NCBI RefSeq assembly: GCF_001194135.2
Contig: NC_068981.1
Location: 98,306,291 to 98,364,394 of the forward strand
Reading direction: 5' to 3'
DNA from: Octopus bimaculoides
Taxonomy: Eukaryota
Length of the DNA: 58,104 nucleotides
This document shows, piece after piece, positions 12,690 to 25,133 of this stretch. The notes beneath the pieces are model-generated. The model searched no databases, was not told the DNA's origin, and saw only the letters and a program-made list of their open reading frames with translations. The stretch's first letter is position 1. The number at the start of each line of letters is the position of its first letter. The position numbers and the translations under genes were made by a program.

Positions 12690-14795
12690 AAGCGGAATCA
12701 GACAACTAGACCAAGTTATGAAGGTCATGGGAGAAAGTCATAGCTCAATTGATCAGTGATAGAGTAGACCTGAATGAGATGCAGTTTCGCTCTGTCCTTG
12801 GAAGAAGGACCACAGATGCAATCTTCCTAGTAAAGCAATTATAGGAGAAATACCTGGCTTTCATTGATTTGGAGAAAGCATTTGTCAGAGTACCGCATTC
12901 AATAATTTGTTGGGCTCTGGGAAAACTAGGTATAGATGAATGGCTTTAGCAGGCAGTTCAAGCTTTGTACAAGGATGCAGTGAGAGTTGGCAATGACTTC
13001 GGTAATGAATTTGAGGTGAAGGTAAGAGTCTATCGATGTTCAGACTTCAATCCTCTCCCATTCATCAAAGACCTACAGGCCATCACTGAGAAGTTTAAGA
13101 CTGGCTGTCCATGGGAACTCCTATATGTTGATGATCTAATTCTCATAGCTGAATCTATAATGGAATGAAAGAAGAAATCCCAGGCATGGAAGTGAAAGCT
13201 GAAATTGAAGTGGCTTTAAAGTAAACCTAGCAAAGACAAAAGTTTTAGTAAGTAGGAAAGAAGACAGGAACCTGGTACCTCCAGGAAAATGGCCTTGCTC
13301 AATATGTAGAAAAGTGAACTCCATATGCTGTACTCCAAGTAAGTTATGGACACACCAGAGATGTGGTGGAATCACTGGCAGATTATCCAAAAATGCAAGC
13401 TTCCTATGCAATAGATCCACTGGAGCAGTACATACAAGCACACTAGAAACTGAGTCTCTTAAATGCCAGATGAATCACTAATAGTAGTTGATAGTTTTTG
13501 TTAATTAGCAAGGGAGGTGGCTGCTTTGAAGTACAGCAGCTACAGTAAGAAGTGATTGAAGAAACCTGAGGGAATTACTACCAATGTTGAGAACAAAGAT
13601 CTTTTCCTTAAGAGTTAAGGGCCAGACCACATGATGCTTGTGTTAAAACGGCAATGTTGCATGGTAGTGAGACTTGGACACTGAATGCAGAGGACTTCAG
13701 AAGACTGGAAAGAAATAAAGCAACATGCTCCATTGGATGTGCAATGAGAGTATCATGAAAGAATTAATACAAAAAGGTGTTGAGTGAAAAATTGGCCATA
13801 AGAGAAATCAGATACTGTGTGCAAAAAAGAAGACTGTACTGGTTTCAGCATGTGATGCGTATGGATGAAGAATGCTGTATCAAGAAGTACCAATTGCTTA
13901 ATGTAGCTGAAACTTGCAGAAGAGGGAGACCCAAGAAGACATGATTTGAAGTGGCAATGGCTGACCTCAGGACTGTAGAGTCTGACAGAAGAGATGACAA
14001 AGGATCAAGATCTCTGGCAATATAAGGTTATCAAAAAGGTGGGTCTTCTACAGCAAAATTGAGTTCTGGAAGTGTTATGTGCTCTCCACACACATTACAG
14101 TAATTCATCCCCTCCCATACATTGTGCCTGCCTCTGCTCAGCTCCTACAGATACCCCAACTATGTCATCTCTCTCTTGTCCTCCCACTGACAATTGTATC
14201 ATCTTTACTGCTGTTGTTGCTTACCTCTTCCTCACTCCCTTCTGCATTTCTCTATCTCCCCCAATTCATAGTTGTTAGTTCACCCACCTTTAACCCTATG
14301 TGTTTTGACAGTCCGCCTCCCCATCCTTTAATTTTCCTTTTCACACAATCTTGCAAACCATTCACTTCTGTCACCTTGTACCTTGGGGGTGGGGTGGCAT
14401 CTGGACACCTCCTCACCATCATCTATCTCTTGCAACCCCTACTGATCATTTTTACTTTCTCCCTTCCCAAGAATAGATGTGGGCAGCTAAATAGTACCCT
14501 CTCCAAAAGCTGCTCTGCACCCCATTTCTTATAGTAATTCCCTCATCCCTAGCATGAAGCTAACTCACCTCCACCTACCCCAAAAGTTTGTAGTCTCATG
14601 AGTTGCATGGCAAGTTCAATAGTACAGGTGACACAAAAACATACCCAATCCATGGGGTAAAGTGTTCAGTTTTAGGAAGAGCATCCACCTATAGAAATCA
14701 TGCCAAAGCAGACTTTGGAGTATGATGCAGTCCTTGGACACATCAGATCGTGTCAAACCATCTAACTCATGAAACATGGACTGTAAATGATGATA
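12690..14795 (+). mobile_element. Degenerate 5'-truncated RTE-type LINE (RT, pyrimidine-rich 3' region, tail)
   Basis: AFIDLEKAF, GCPWELLYVDDLILIAES, LHGSETWTLNAE; many stops and frameshifts; ends in an ATGATG tail. Confidence 0.85.
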
Positions 14796-14807
14796 TATAC
14801 ACATATA

Positions 14808-15956
14808 CAGGGGTTGGACAAAATAATAGCATCATAATTTTGAAATAACCATAAAACCATCAAAAGCTTATATATGTTTATGTTTTTTTTATTAATTATT
14901 AGCATTGCTTAATATGTTTTGCTAAAATTGCTGTTTCTTTTCAGATATCATCAGAAAAAGGTAATTAAAATTCATTAAAATGACAGATCTATCGGACTTT
15001 CAAAGAGGCCAAATTGTTGGTGCTCATATGGCAGGCGCTAGCGTAACGAAAACAGCTGAAATGTTTGGTGTATCGAGAAGTACTGTCTCAAAAGTAATGA
15101 CAGCCTTTGAGAAAGAGGGAAAAACTTCCTCGTCGAAACAGAACTCCAGAAGAAAACCAAAACTTTCAGACAGGGACTGTTGGACTCTTACATGAATTGT
15201 TAGAAAGGATCACAAAAGTACAGCTCCCAAAATTACTGTAGAGCTTAATGACTACCTCAAGAATCCAGTTTCCACAAAAATTGTTTGCTGGAAGCTGCAC
15301 AAAGCCAGATTTCACAGGAGGGCAGCAATCAGAAAACCACTACTTTCAAAAACAAATGTTGCAAAACATTTATAGTGGAGTAAAAACCTACAGAATCGGT
15401 CCCTATAGCAGTGGAAGAATGTTATTTTCTAGGACAAGTCATCCTTTACCTTATTTCTGAAACCGGCTGAGTATACATGTGGAGACAGCCAAAAGAAGCA
15501 TTTGACACAGACTGCCTTCTTCCAACTGTTAAACATGGAGGAGGATCTGAAATGATCTGGTGGGCCATATCTTGGAAATCTGCTGGCCCAATGGTTTCCC
15601 TTTATGGCAGAATTAACAGTCAAGACTATTTAAGCATCTTATTTGATCAAATTCATCCTATGGTTGCAGAACTGTTTCCAAAGGGAAACGCAATCTTTCA
15701 GGATGATAATGCACCAATTCACACAGCTAAAGTTGTTACTGAATGGCACGAGGAACATTCTAGTGAAGTTGAACATCTTATCTGGCCACCACAGTCCCCA
15801 GATCACAATATTATTGAATATTTATGGTGCATTTTAGAAAAAACAAGTAAGGAGTCGATATCCTCCACCATCATCACTACAAGAACTGGAGACTGTTTTA
15901 GCTGAAGAATGGACAAAAATTCCTTTGGAAACAATTCAAACTTTGTATGAGTCCAT
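14808..15956 (+). mobile_element. Tc1-family transposon with DD36E spacing (Incomer-like), inactivated; right end lost in an N gap
   Basis: TA|CAGGGGTTGGACAAAATAAT left TIR; paired-like HTH from 14980; PTVKHGGGS, FQDDNAPIH and WPPQSPDHNIIE; stops and frameshifts. Confidence 0.92.
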
Positions 15957-16243
15957 NNNNNNNNNNNNNNNNNNNNNNNNNNNNNNNNNNNNNNNNNNNN
16001 NNNNNNNNNNNNNNNNNNNNNNNNNNNNNNNNNNNNNNNNNNNNNNNNNNNNNNNNNNNNNNNNNNNNNNNNNNNNNNNNNNNNNNNNNNNNNNNNNNNN
16101 NNNNNNNNNNNNNNNNNNNNNNNNNNNNNNNNNNNNNNNNNNNNNNNNNNNNNNNNNNNNNNNNNNNNNNNNNNNNNNNNNNNNNNNNNNNNNNNNNNNN
16201 NNNNNNNNNNNNNNNNNNTATATATATATATATATATATATAT

Positions 16244-18699
16244 CCGCTTTCCATTCTGGCATGGGTTGGATAGTTTGACTGAGGACTGGCAAGCCAGAAG
16301 GCTGCACCAGGCTCCAATCTGTTCTGGCAAGGTTTCTACAGCTGGATGCCCTTCCTAATGCCAACCACTCCGAGAATGTAGTAGGTGCTTTTTATGTGCC
16401 ACCAGCATGGGGACCAGTCAGGCGGCACTGGCAACAACCACACTTGAATGGTGCTTTTTACATGCCACCAGCATGGGAACCAGTCAGGCAGCACTGGCAT
16501 CGACCAGATATGATCTTACTTGGCTTGCTGGGTCTTCTCAAGCATAGCATATCTCCAAAGGTCTTGGTCATTTGTCATTGCCTCTGTGAGGCCCAACATC
16601 ATCCACATCATCCAGGCCTTCTTGGATCTACCTCTTCCACAGGTTCCCTCCAGTGTTAGGGTGTGACACATCTTCACACAGCTGTCCTCATCATATGCAG
16701 CATATGACCATACCAGTGCAGTCATCTCTCTCGCACACCACATCTGATGCTTCTTGTATCCAACTTTTCTCTCAGGGCGCTTACACTGCTGTGTATGCAC
16801 ACTGGCATTACACATCCAGCGGTGCATACTCACTTCATTTCTTTCAAGCCTATGCATGTTCTCAGCAGTCAATGTTTCACTACTGTGTAGCATGGATGTT
16901 CGCACACATGCATCATACAGTCTACCTTTCATTCTGAGCAAGGGGCCCTTTGTTACCAGCAGATGTAGGAGCTCTCTGAACTTTGCCTAGGCTATTCTTA
17001 TTCTATCAGCTACGCTCTCAGAGCATCCACCCTCGCTTCTGACTTGGTCACCTAGGTAACTGAAGCTTTCTATTACTTCTAGTTTTTCCCCCTGGCATGT
17101 GATGGAATCTGTTTTTGGTATGTCTGTGGTGTTTATTGTTGCTGTACATCTGTCACACACACAAAAACTATCTTCCCAGTTAACCTTCCTTTGATATTGC
17201 TGCACCTCTTATGTATCCATAGCTTACACTAGTTACATCTGATGGAGTTTCTACCTACACCTTTTCTGCAGATCAAGCAGGGTCATCTACCTGAAGGGAT
17301 TTTTGATTTGTCTGCCTTCCTACTTACTAAGACTTTGGTTTTGATAGATTGACTCTAAGACTTGCTTCCACACCTGAAACTTCTCCTCTTGTTCTGATAG
17401 TAACTGAGCTATTAGCGCAAGGTCATCAGCATAGAGGTGCTCCCAGGGGCAATCTGTCTTGAATTCCTCTATTATTGCCTGGAGAACTATGATGAATAAG
17501 AGGGGGTTGAGGACTGATCCTTGGTGAATCACTATACTCATTACCAACCCTCACCTTACTGACAGCATCTCTGTACATGGCTTGTACAGCGCTCACCAAC
17601 CACTCATCTATCCCTAGTTTCTACATTAACCACCAGATAAGGGATTGGGGGTCACTGTCAAAGGCTTTCTCCATGTCAATGAAAGACAAATACAGAGAGT
17701 TACCTTTGGCTAGGAATTTCTCCTGCAGCTGACTTAGCAGAAATATAGCATCAGTAGTGCTTCTCCCTGGCACGAACCCAAACTGCATCTTGTCTAAACT
17801 AACTCTCTCCCTAATTAGTTGGGCTATGACCCTCTCCATGACTTTCATCGCCTGGTCCAACAATTTGATACTTCTGTAATCATTCCTATCTAATGCATCA
17901 CCTTTATCTTTGTAGCAGTTGATTATGATGATGCTACACCAGTCTTGGGTATGACTCCTTCATGAATTACCTGGTTGACTATATGGGTGAGTAGACTTTA
18001 GCCTACACTGCCATATATTTTAAACATCTCTGCAGCGATTCCTGTTGGGTCGGGGGCCTTCTCTGTCTTCATACCCATATTTGCTTTATCTACTAAGGTA
18101 CTGTCAATTCAAATAGCTAGTCCCTCTGTTGGGTCAACATTTGGCAGACTCTTTTTCTCCCATTCATTCTCTTCATTTAGCAACCTTTCATAGCGACGTC
18201 TCCAAGTCTCTCTCTTTGCAGCATCATTAAATGCAAGTGAGTCATCATCCATGTGGACACATTTCTCTCTTATGATATCATGATTCTCTCTCACTCACTA
18301 TCTTGCAATATGAAATACTTCAAGTCACTGGTCCTCACGATGCAGAACAGCAATTTTTTTCTTATCTGCTTCCCCTCTGGCTAAGTAAACCTGTCTCCTA
18401 GCTTCCCTTTTGGCAATCTGATACCATTCCCTGCTACCACCACACTTCCAGTCTTTCCATGCCTATTTCTTTTTCCTAATGGCCCTCTCAGCTACATTGT
18501 TCCACCACATTACGTCAGGTCGAGAGGGGACTTTGCACCAGCCACAGATCTGGTCAGTAACATGCAAGAGGTTGTCCTGTAGGAACCTCCAGTTGTCATC
18601 CACATTATGTAATGTTATATCCTCCTCTTTTTCATCAAAAACTTCAAGTGATATGTCTCTAAATCTCTGTCCATTCAGAAGATCCTTAAACTTCCAGAC
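16244..18699 (-). mobile_element. 5'-truncated RTE-type LINE, same family as 12690-14795
   Basis: MQFGFVPGRSTTDAIF, FIDMEKAFD, HQGSVLNPLLF, LYADDLALIA; ORF ends at 16516, followed by an about 270-nt tail. Confidence 0.9.
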
Positions 18700-18941
18700 T
18701 ATATATATATATTTACATATAAGTATATATGCACAGACATATATGTAAATGTGTACACACATATATGTAAATATGTACATATATATATATATATANNNNN
18801 NNNNNNNNNNNNNNNNNNNNNNNNNNNNNNNNNNNNNNNNNNNNNNNNNNNNNNNNNNNNNNNNNNNNNNNNNNNNNNNNNNNNNNNNNNNNNNNTATAT
18901 ATATATATATATATATATACATATATATGTATATATATATA

Positions 18942-19717
18942 TGTAACGGTTTAACAATACTTGATAAACAATAGGATGGAACGTCGGAGTCGTCACTAAT
19001 TGTAACGGTTTGTACTTCGTTGCAATTGAGGGTCATAAATTGTAACGATTGTTGTTAAGGTGTTGTTTGCCAGTATGCAAGATTGGACAAGAACAGTGAT
19101 TGAAGTTGTAAAAAGATTTTTTATTTATCGTTACTTTGTATATATCCAAAGCCACGACGGGTTGGTATGTATAATTAGTAAATGGAAAAGCATGCCGGGT
19201 AAAAAGAGTTTCGGCCGGTATGTGTGTACACGTTCTCATAGTAGTGTATAGAGAGAGATATGGTAATGTTACAGAGAAAAGAAAGTGAGAGTGTTGGGAT
19301 GAAACAACTGCTTCGTTGGTGAGTTATCATAGTTGTCTCTTTGTACCTTTTCCTTTAGTGACGGTGTTTTGTTCAGTCGGTTAACCAGACTCGGTTCTCA
19401 CTAATTGCTTTGGCTTAAAGAGTTCTTGTTTTTATAACTATCCAAAACCAACCAGAAGAGTAGACATACTGTTGAGAACAATAGATTTCGTTGGTGGTAT
19501 CTGTTATCTCGATTCTAACTTTTGGTGAAATTGAAGAAGTTAGACAGGTCAACTGGCGAAGACATTATTCCGGCTTAGCGAAGACATCTAGTAAATGTAA
19601 CTGCTATCATTCACAGAAAAACTATTGTTTTACCGTGAGAAAGGTAATGTTGAACTATTAAGTGAAATTTGGCTATCGAGGATCGAATCCACGCTATGCC
19701 TGCATGAAATTCGCTAC
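18942..19717. mobile_element. Putative solo LTR 1
   Basis: TGTAACG start after (TA)n and CTACA end before (CA)n; shares an about 240-bp block with the next unit. Confidence 0.45.
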
Positions 19718-19740
19718 ACACACACACACACACGCACACA

Positions 19741-20390
19741 TGTAACAGTTGAAATTTAATTGCAATGGCATATTGTAAGATGTGAAAGATGAACAATGCA
19801 TGAAGTTTTAAGGAAATATTTATTTTACCATTACATTGTATATATATCCTTGCCTCGACGGGCAGGTAATAAAATCGTAAAGCATGCAAAGTAAAGATAG
19901 ATGTAGATTTTCCTTGTATAGTTTGTGTTTGTATTCTCGTCATTGTGTAGTAGTAATTACATATAGAGATGGAGTAAAGTTCTAAGAAGAAAGTGAGCTG
20001 AGCTAGTGACTGAGAGAGTCGAGAGAAGTTGTCTCGCATAGTTGCTGATTGTAACTTTTTTTCCCCACTGGCTGTTTGTCTTTAGTGGCTGCCTGCTTGT
20101 GGCCATGATTCTAGTGGTCCGTTCACGAGCTGATGGCCGCTCTCTCTAACTCGGGCTCTCACTAACTTACTAACTTTTGCTTGGGGGTTCTTGTTTTTAT
20201 AACTATCAAGAAGGATAGACATATCATTGAGAACAATGGATTTCGTTGGTGGTACTTGTTAATTTAATTCTAGCTTTTGATGAAATAGAAGAGGTTAGAA
20301 GGATCAAGCGGCGAGGACATTATTTTGCTTAGCTAAGGCATCTTGCATCTTACATCTGGCAAATGTAAACTGCTGTCACAGAAAAACTAC
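19741..20390. mobile_element. Putative solo LTR 2, a diverged relative of unit 1
   Basis: TGTAAC start and AAAACTACA end; 20150-20390 aligns with 19390-19625. Confidence 0.45.
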
Positions 20391-20394
20391 ATCA

Positions 20395-20880
20395 TGCCTG
20401 AAAAATACACTGAAATGGATGAAGGAAAAGAGTGCACAGTGGTTGTTCGAAGTTTGAAAGACAGAGAATGAAGCACGAGGAGATCAAGTAAAGGCTTAGA
20501 AAGAATGAACCTGTGGAAAATGAGGGAATATTGCTTTTTGTGTGTGTGATTTGTGGGAGAAAATGTTTGAGTCATGCAGACCTGGTCAGCTAACTGAAAA
20601 CTCATAGGAATCAACCCTATGTAAATTGTGATACTGTTACTGTTCGCAACAGAATATGTGCAACCTGTGGAAAGGTGTGCCTTTCTGTTGGCGAATTGAA
20701 AATGCATGTCAAAAGAATTCATACTGTGGCACCTGTTCCCTCTGCCAGCCTGCACAGCTGTGGATTATGCAATAGAATGTGAAAATCTGTGGCCGGCCCA
20801 AGAGTCATACAAAGGCCTCACATTGCATCATCAGTGGCTCATTTCAATGATACTTTCTAGCAATGGCTTTGCTCCTTGTA
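20395..20880 (+). mobile_element. RTE/BovB-like LINE 3' end with C2H2-like motifs
   Basis: CVICGRKCLSHADLVS, CATCGKVCLSVGELKMHVKRIH and CGLCNRM in a decayed frame. Confidence 0.55.
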
Positions 20881-21032
20881 TATGAGAAAGCAGCTACTAC
20901 ACATACACACATATATATAATCAAAACAGTTGTAGGGATTATATTTATTTTTATATTATAATAATAATATAATATTATGTTAATAAATCAACATATGTCA
21001 ATTTGAACTCTCCATTTTCCTTTTATTATATA

Positions 21033-22696
21033 CTAGCAGAGATACCCGGCGTTGCCCGTGTTACATGCAATAGAAGAATTAGCCTTTTCTGTTATATTTT
21101 CTCTAATGAACTGGAATACCTATGATTCGGATTTCATCAAAATTGCAGATGAGGGTTCTTTCCCTCTTTACACACATGAAAATTCTAATCATGACACATG
21201 TATCCCATACTACTGATATTTATGTGCAGATTCCAAAATTCCAGTCATATGAAACCTGTTAAAAGGTCATGGAGCTCTAAAATGTAGGAGTGAAGGCCCA
21301 TATTGGGGGTGGGTGTCTTAATGTCAACCAGAGAAGTTGAATTGTTGAGAATCTTTTTGACTTGGGTGTTATATCTATTGTTTGAATTTCTTTGAAATAG
21401 GAAATATATGTATGTTCACTGGGTTTGTAAAAGGGAGCAAAGCTTCAGGAAACCAAAAGACGAATGATCACAATAAGCAGTCAGCTCCTCTACCCTAGTT
21501 GTTACTACTCCCCAGTGTAGAATTCCTCACCATATAGGTGACAGGCATAGCCGTAAGATGCATTACGGATCTATAGCAATTGGAAGGGTGTGACCCAACT
21601 GAAATAAACATTAACAACTGTGTGACGTGAGGGCTAAGGGGAAATGAAAGTGTCACCTCTAGAGTTTGCAACTGACCCCTATACCGATAGGTAACTGGAC
21701 AGAATAAATTTACAATCTATAAATGTCTTTGAATAAGCAGTCACTCATATGGGAAAGCCTTGAAATCAATGTTACCACTTAGGGACTATGTGTGACCCAG
21801 TGATAATAAAAAGACTCAAAGGAAGTCTGCAATGAAATAACTTTACTCAACACTTTGCAACTGAATCAGTGGAGGCAAGGATGCCTCTCATTTACTTGAC
21901 AATTTATGCACCACGTTGCAGAAATCACAATGTAAGTATATCTCAAAGCAAATTCTTACACTGTTGTACAATTTAATTACAAATAGCGCTCATCTTTTGT
22001 GCTCGGGTGACCCTACAGCTTCCAAGATTACAACTGTATTCATCTTTGCTTAGATAAAATAACTAAATTGTGGGTGTTAAGTCCCCATGAAGAGGTCTTT
22101 TTAACTTCTAAGAAGATGAAATTTTAGAAATATTACTTCATTTGTGTCTAATATCTATGGTTAAAATTTCATCAACAACAAAAATATATGAATTTTCATG
22201 GGGGTTATGGCTCTTATGCATAGAATATAATTACCAAATTTCATAAAGATCCATTCAGTACTTTTGACATAGTTTTGGATCATAAAAAGTGACTAAAATT
22301 TGGGAGTTAAGGCCCTCATTAGGGGGTCTTAGAATCCTAATGAGAAATGGAAAGTTTGAGAATACATCTTGATGTGTGTCAATTACCCATGGTTGAAATT
22401 TCATCAACATTGAAAATTTATGAATTTTCATGGGGGTTCTGTCCCCTTTAAGCTATCTCAAATTCAAACCAAACATACTCCATTATACCTGTCCTTATGC
22501 ATTGAATCTAAGTTCCAAATATCATAAGGATCCATTCAATAATTTTGGTCCATGAAATTGTATGAAATACACAGCATTACCCTTCTTCCTAGGCTTGGAT
22601 TTTGTGTTCCAAATTTCATTAGGATCGGTGCAGTAGTTTTCAAATGTATAAGTAACACATGAATACACATAAAGACATTGACTTTTATATAATAGA
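21033..22696 (-). mobile_element. Non-autonomous Helitron
   Basis: Minus strand: A|TCTATTATATAAAAG 5' end; 3' end CACGGGCAACGCCGGG hairpin then TATCTCTGCTAG|T; inserted at an AT dinucleotide. Confidence 0.85.
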
Positions 22697-22917
22697 TATG
22701 AATTCACACATATACATACATGTATATATATATATATAATACACACCCACACACACATATACATGTATGTATATGTGTAAATTCATATCTATTATATAAA
22801 AGTCAATGTCCTTATGTGTATTCATGTGTTACTTATACATTTGAAAACTACTGCACCGATCTTAATGAAATTTGGAAGACAAAATCCAAGCCTAGGAAGA
22901 AGGGTAATGCTGTGTAT
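22567..22917. repeat. Long inverted repeat (about 159-bp arms, about 33-bp spacer)
   Basis: 22567-22725 is the near-identical reverse complement of 22759-22917; mirrored ORFs appear in the track (22522..22764- and 22720..22932+). Confidence 0.95.
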
Positions 22918-23248
22918 ACAAACAAAAGATAGATTGATAGATACAACTGAGTGGGCACAGAAAAATATGAGACACTGCGTAGTACTTTTTTTAATTTTGA
23001 TAAGCCTAGTACTTATTCTATCAGTTTCTTCTTGTCAAACCAGTTAGTTATGGGGATGTAAATAAATGAACAGCAGTTGTGAAGCAGTGATGAGGAAGAG
23101 ACAAAGACACACACATACACTGAGGCTATAGCAGAAGACACATGCCAAGTCACCACACAGTGGGACTGAACCCCGGACCATGTGTTTTGGAACAAAGATT
23201 CTTACCACACAGCCACACTTGCACCTATGTATGTGTGTGTGTGTATGA

Positions 23249-24940
23249 CTCAGGAGTCTAACAGGGTGACCCACTCGGGCCCATTCTGTTCGCACTGGGC
23301 ATTGATGACATCACCAAGATGGGCGTTGAGCTAGACCTCAATGTCTGGTATCTCGATGATTCTCGTTTGTGGGGCCCTCCAGACAGGGTTCTCACCATTG
23401 CAAACATGATGGTTGGGGAGCTTGGTCACCGGGGTCTCCAAGGAAACAGCTCCAAATGTGAGCTCTGGATCCTCAACCACCTGGCTTCTCAACATCAACC
23501 AACTATTGACCGTTGTGCAGAGTCCTTCCCTTCCATTGCAGTCCCTCCCCCATCAGCTTGCTGCTCTCTAGGTGCCCCAGTCACTGACCTTGCCTTTGCG
23601 TCCATCTTCCAGTTGAAGGTGGTTGCCCTTGAGCAATTGCTGAAAAATATTGATCCCTAAGCTTCTATATTTACTGATCTTACCGATTTCCATCGTCAGC
23701 TCATCTTACTGATTCCCATCATGCCTCCAATACTTCAACAACCTAATTTTTAAGAGATTCGAATGTTTAGTCAATGTCAGACTCTCTCGAACATCCTGCA
23801 ATCAGGCTGCATTGCCCAAGCGATTTAGAGGTCTTGATCTTTGTAAGTGTTCGTGCCTCTCTCTCCCCTGCTTCCTTTCCTCCACTCTAGTGAGCAACAT
23901 CCTCTCCTCTCCAACATGGACCAGTTGCAACAGGGGGTTGGATGAAGCTCTCCAACACTGGAGGGAATTGGGCTTATCTGCTCCTGAGAAGGTGGAGGAC
24001 TGTTGTAGTCAGAGAGCTTGGGACAACACAATTCCGAGGCCACCTCCAACTCCCTCTTCATCCAGTCGGACCAGTTTTCAAGGTGCCGTTTACTGTCTGC
24101 TAGCTCAGGTGACTGGATTGATGCTATCCCTGTGGCTAATGTTTGCAACCTATTCAGCTTGGATGAACTTCGTGTCTCCATTGTCCTCAGAGTGTGAGCT
24201 GACGTATGCACGGGTTTGATCTGTCGTTGTGGCAGGCTCCTCGACTCCACAGACCTCCATGGCTTTTCTTGCTGCCTGAATGCTGGTCATTTTGTGCATC
24301 ATATGGAGTTGAACCTGATAGTCAAGAGGAGCTTGGCCTGGGCAAACATCCCCCCCATCTTGGAGTCATCTGGATTGTCCAGATGTGATGGGAAGAAACC
24401 TGACGGCCTCACCCTGTGCCCCTGGTCGCAAAGCAGATGCCTCGTCTAGGATATCACAGTTAGCGACTCCTTTGATTCTTCTCAAATCCTGGATGCTGCG
24501 GTCAGGGCAAGATCCACAGCTTCTGCGGCTGAGCAGAACAAAATCCTGAAATACCGCAATCTGTCGGCCAACCACACTTTCCTTCCTGTGGCGTTCATGA
24601 CATTTGGTGGGGTCGGACCACTAACTGCAAGTCTTCACTGGCAACTCGCCTTGTGGAGGTAACTGGTGAGGCTCGTGAAGGTGCTTGGCTGTTCAAGCGC
24701 ATCAGCCTCGCCATCACCCGTGGCAACGCTGCAAGTGTGCTGGCGTGTCTCAATAGCCATTAGAGAAGTTTCTCAGCGCCTCCAACTTTTCAACCCAAGG
24801 TGGTGAATTGTTTTGGTTTTTGCTTCATTTTTCTTTTTTAATTTTCCAATTTTGTTCTGTTTTGTCCAGTTTTCTAATTTAATTTTGTAAAACGGTAAAC
24901 ACTGTGAAGGCAATATAAAACAATAAAGCGGAAAATCAAA
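23249..24940 (+). mobile_element. 5'-truncated CRE-clade-like non-LTR retrotransposon (RT, zinc knuckle, restriction-like endonuclease), decayed
   Basis: GV*QGDPLGPILFAL, WYLDD, QAALPKRFRGLDL, CRCG...HGFSC...H, KPDGLTL.PW...DITV, AEQNKILKY; AATAAA near 24925. Confidence 0.85.
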
Positions 24941-25133
24941 AACCTGATATTTGGAAGACGCTAATATGTCTTATTCCAAAGAATGGCAATCCCTCTGACC
25001 TGATCAACTACAGTGCTGTTGCACTCATTTCTAAGTCATTTCTGAAGTAATGGAGGTAGCCATTAACAAAGACGTTCTCCAAAAACTTGAGTTTTTCTCC
25101 TTCTCCATGATTCTTGATTAGAAAACCAGTTAC

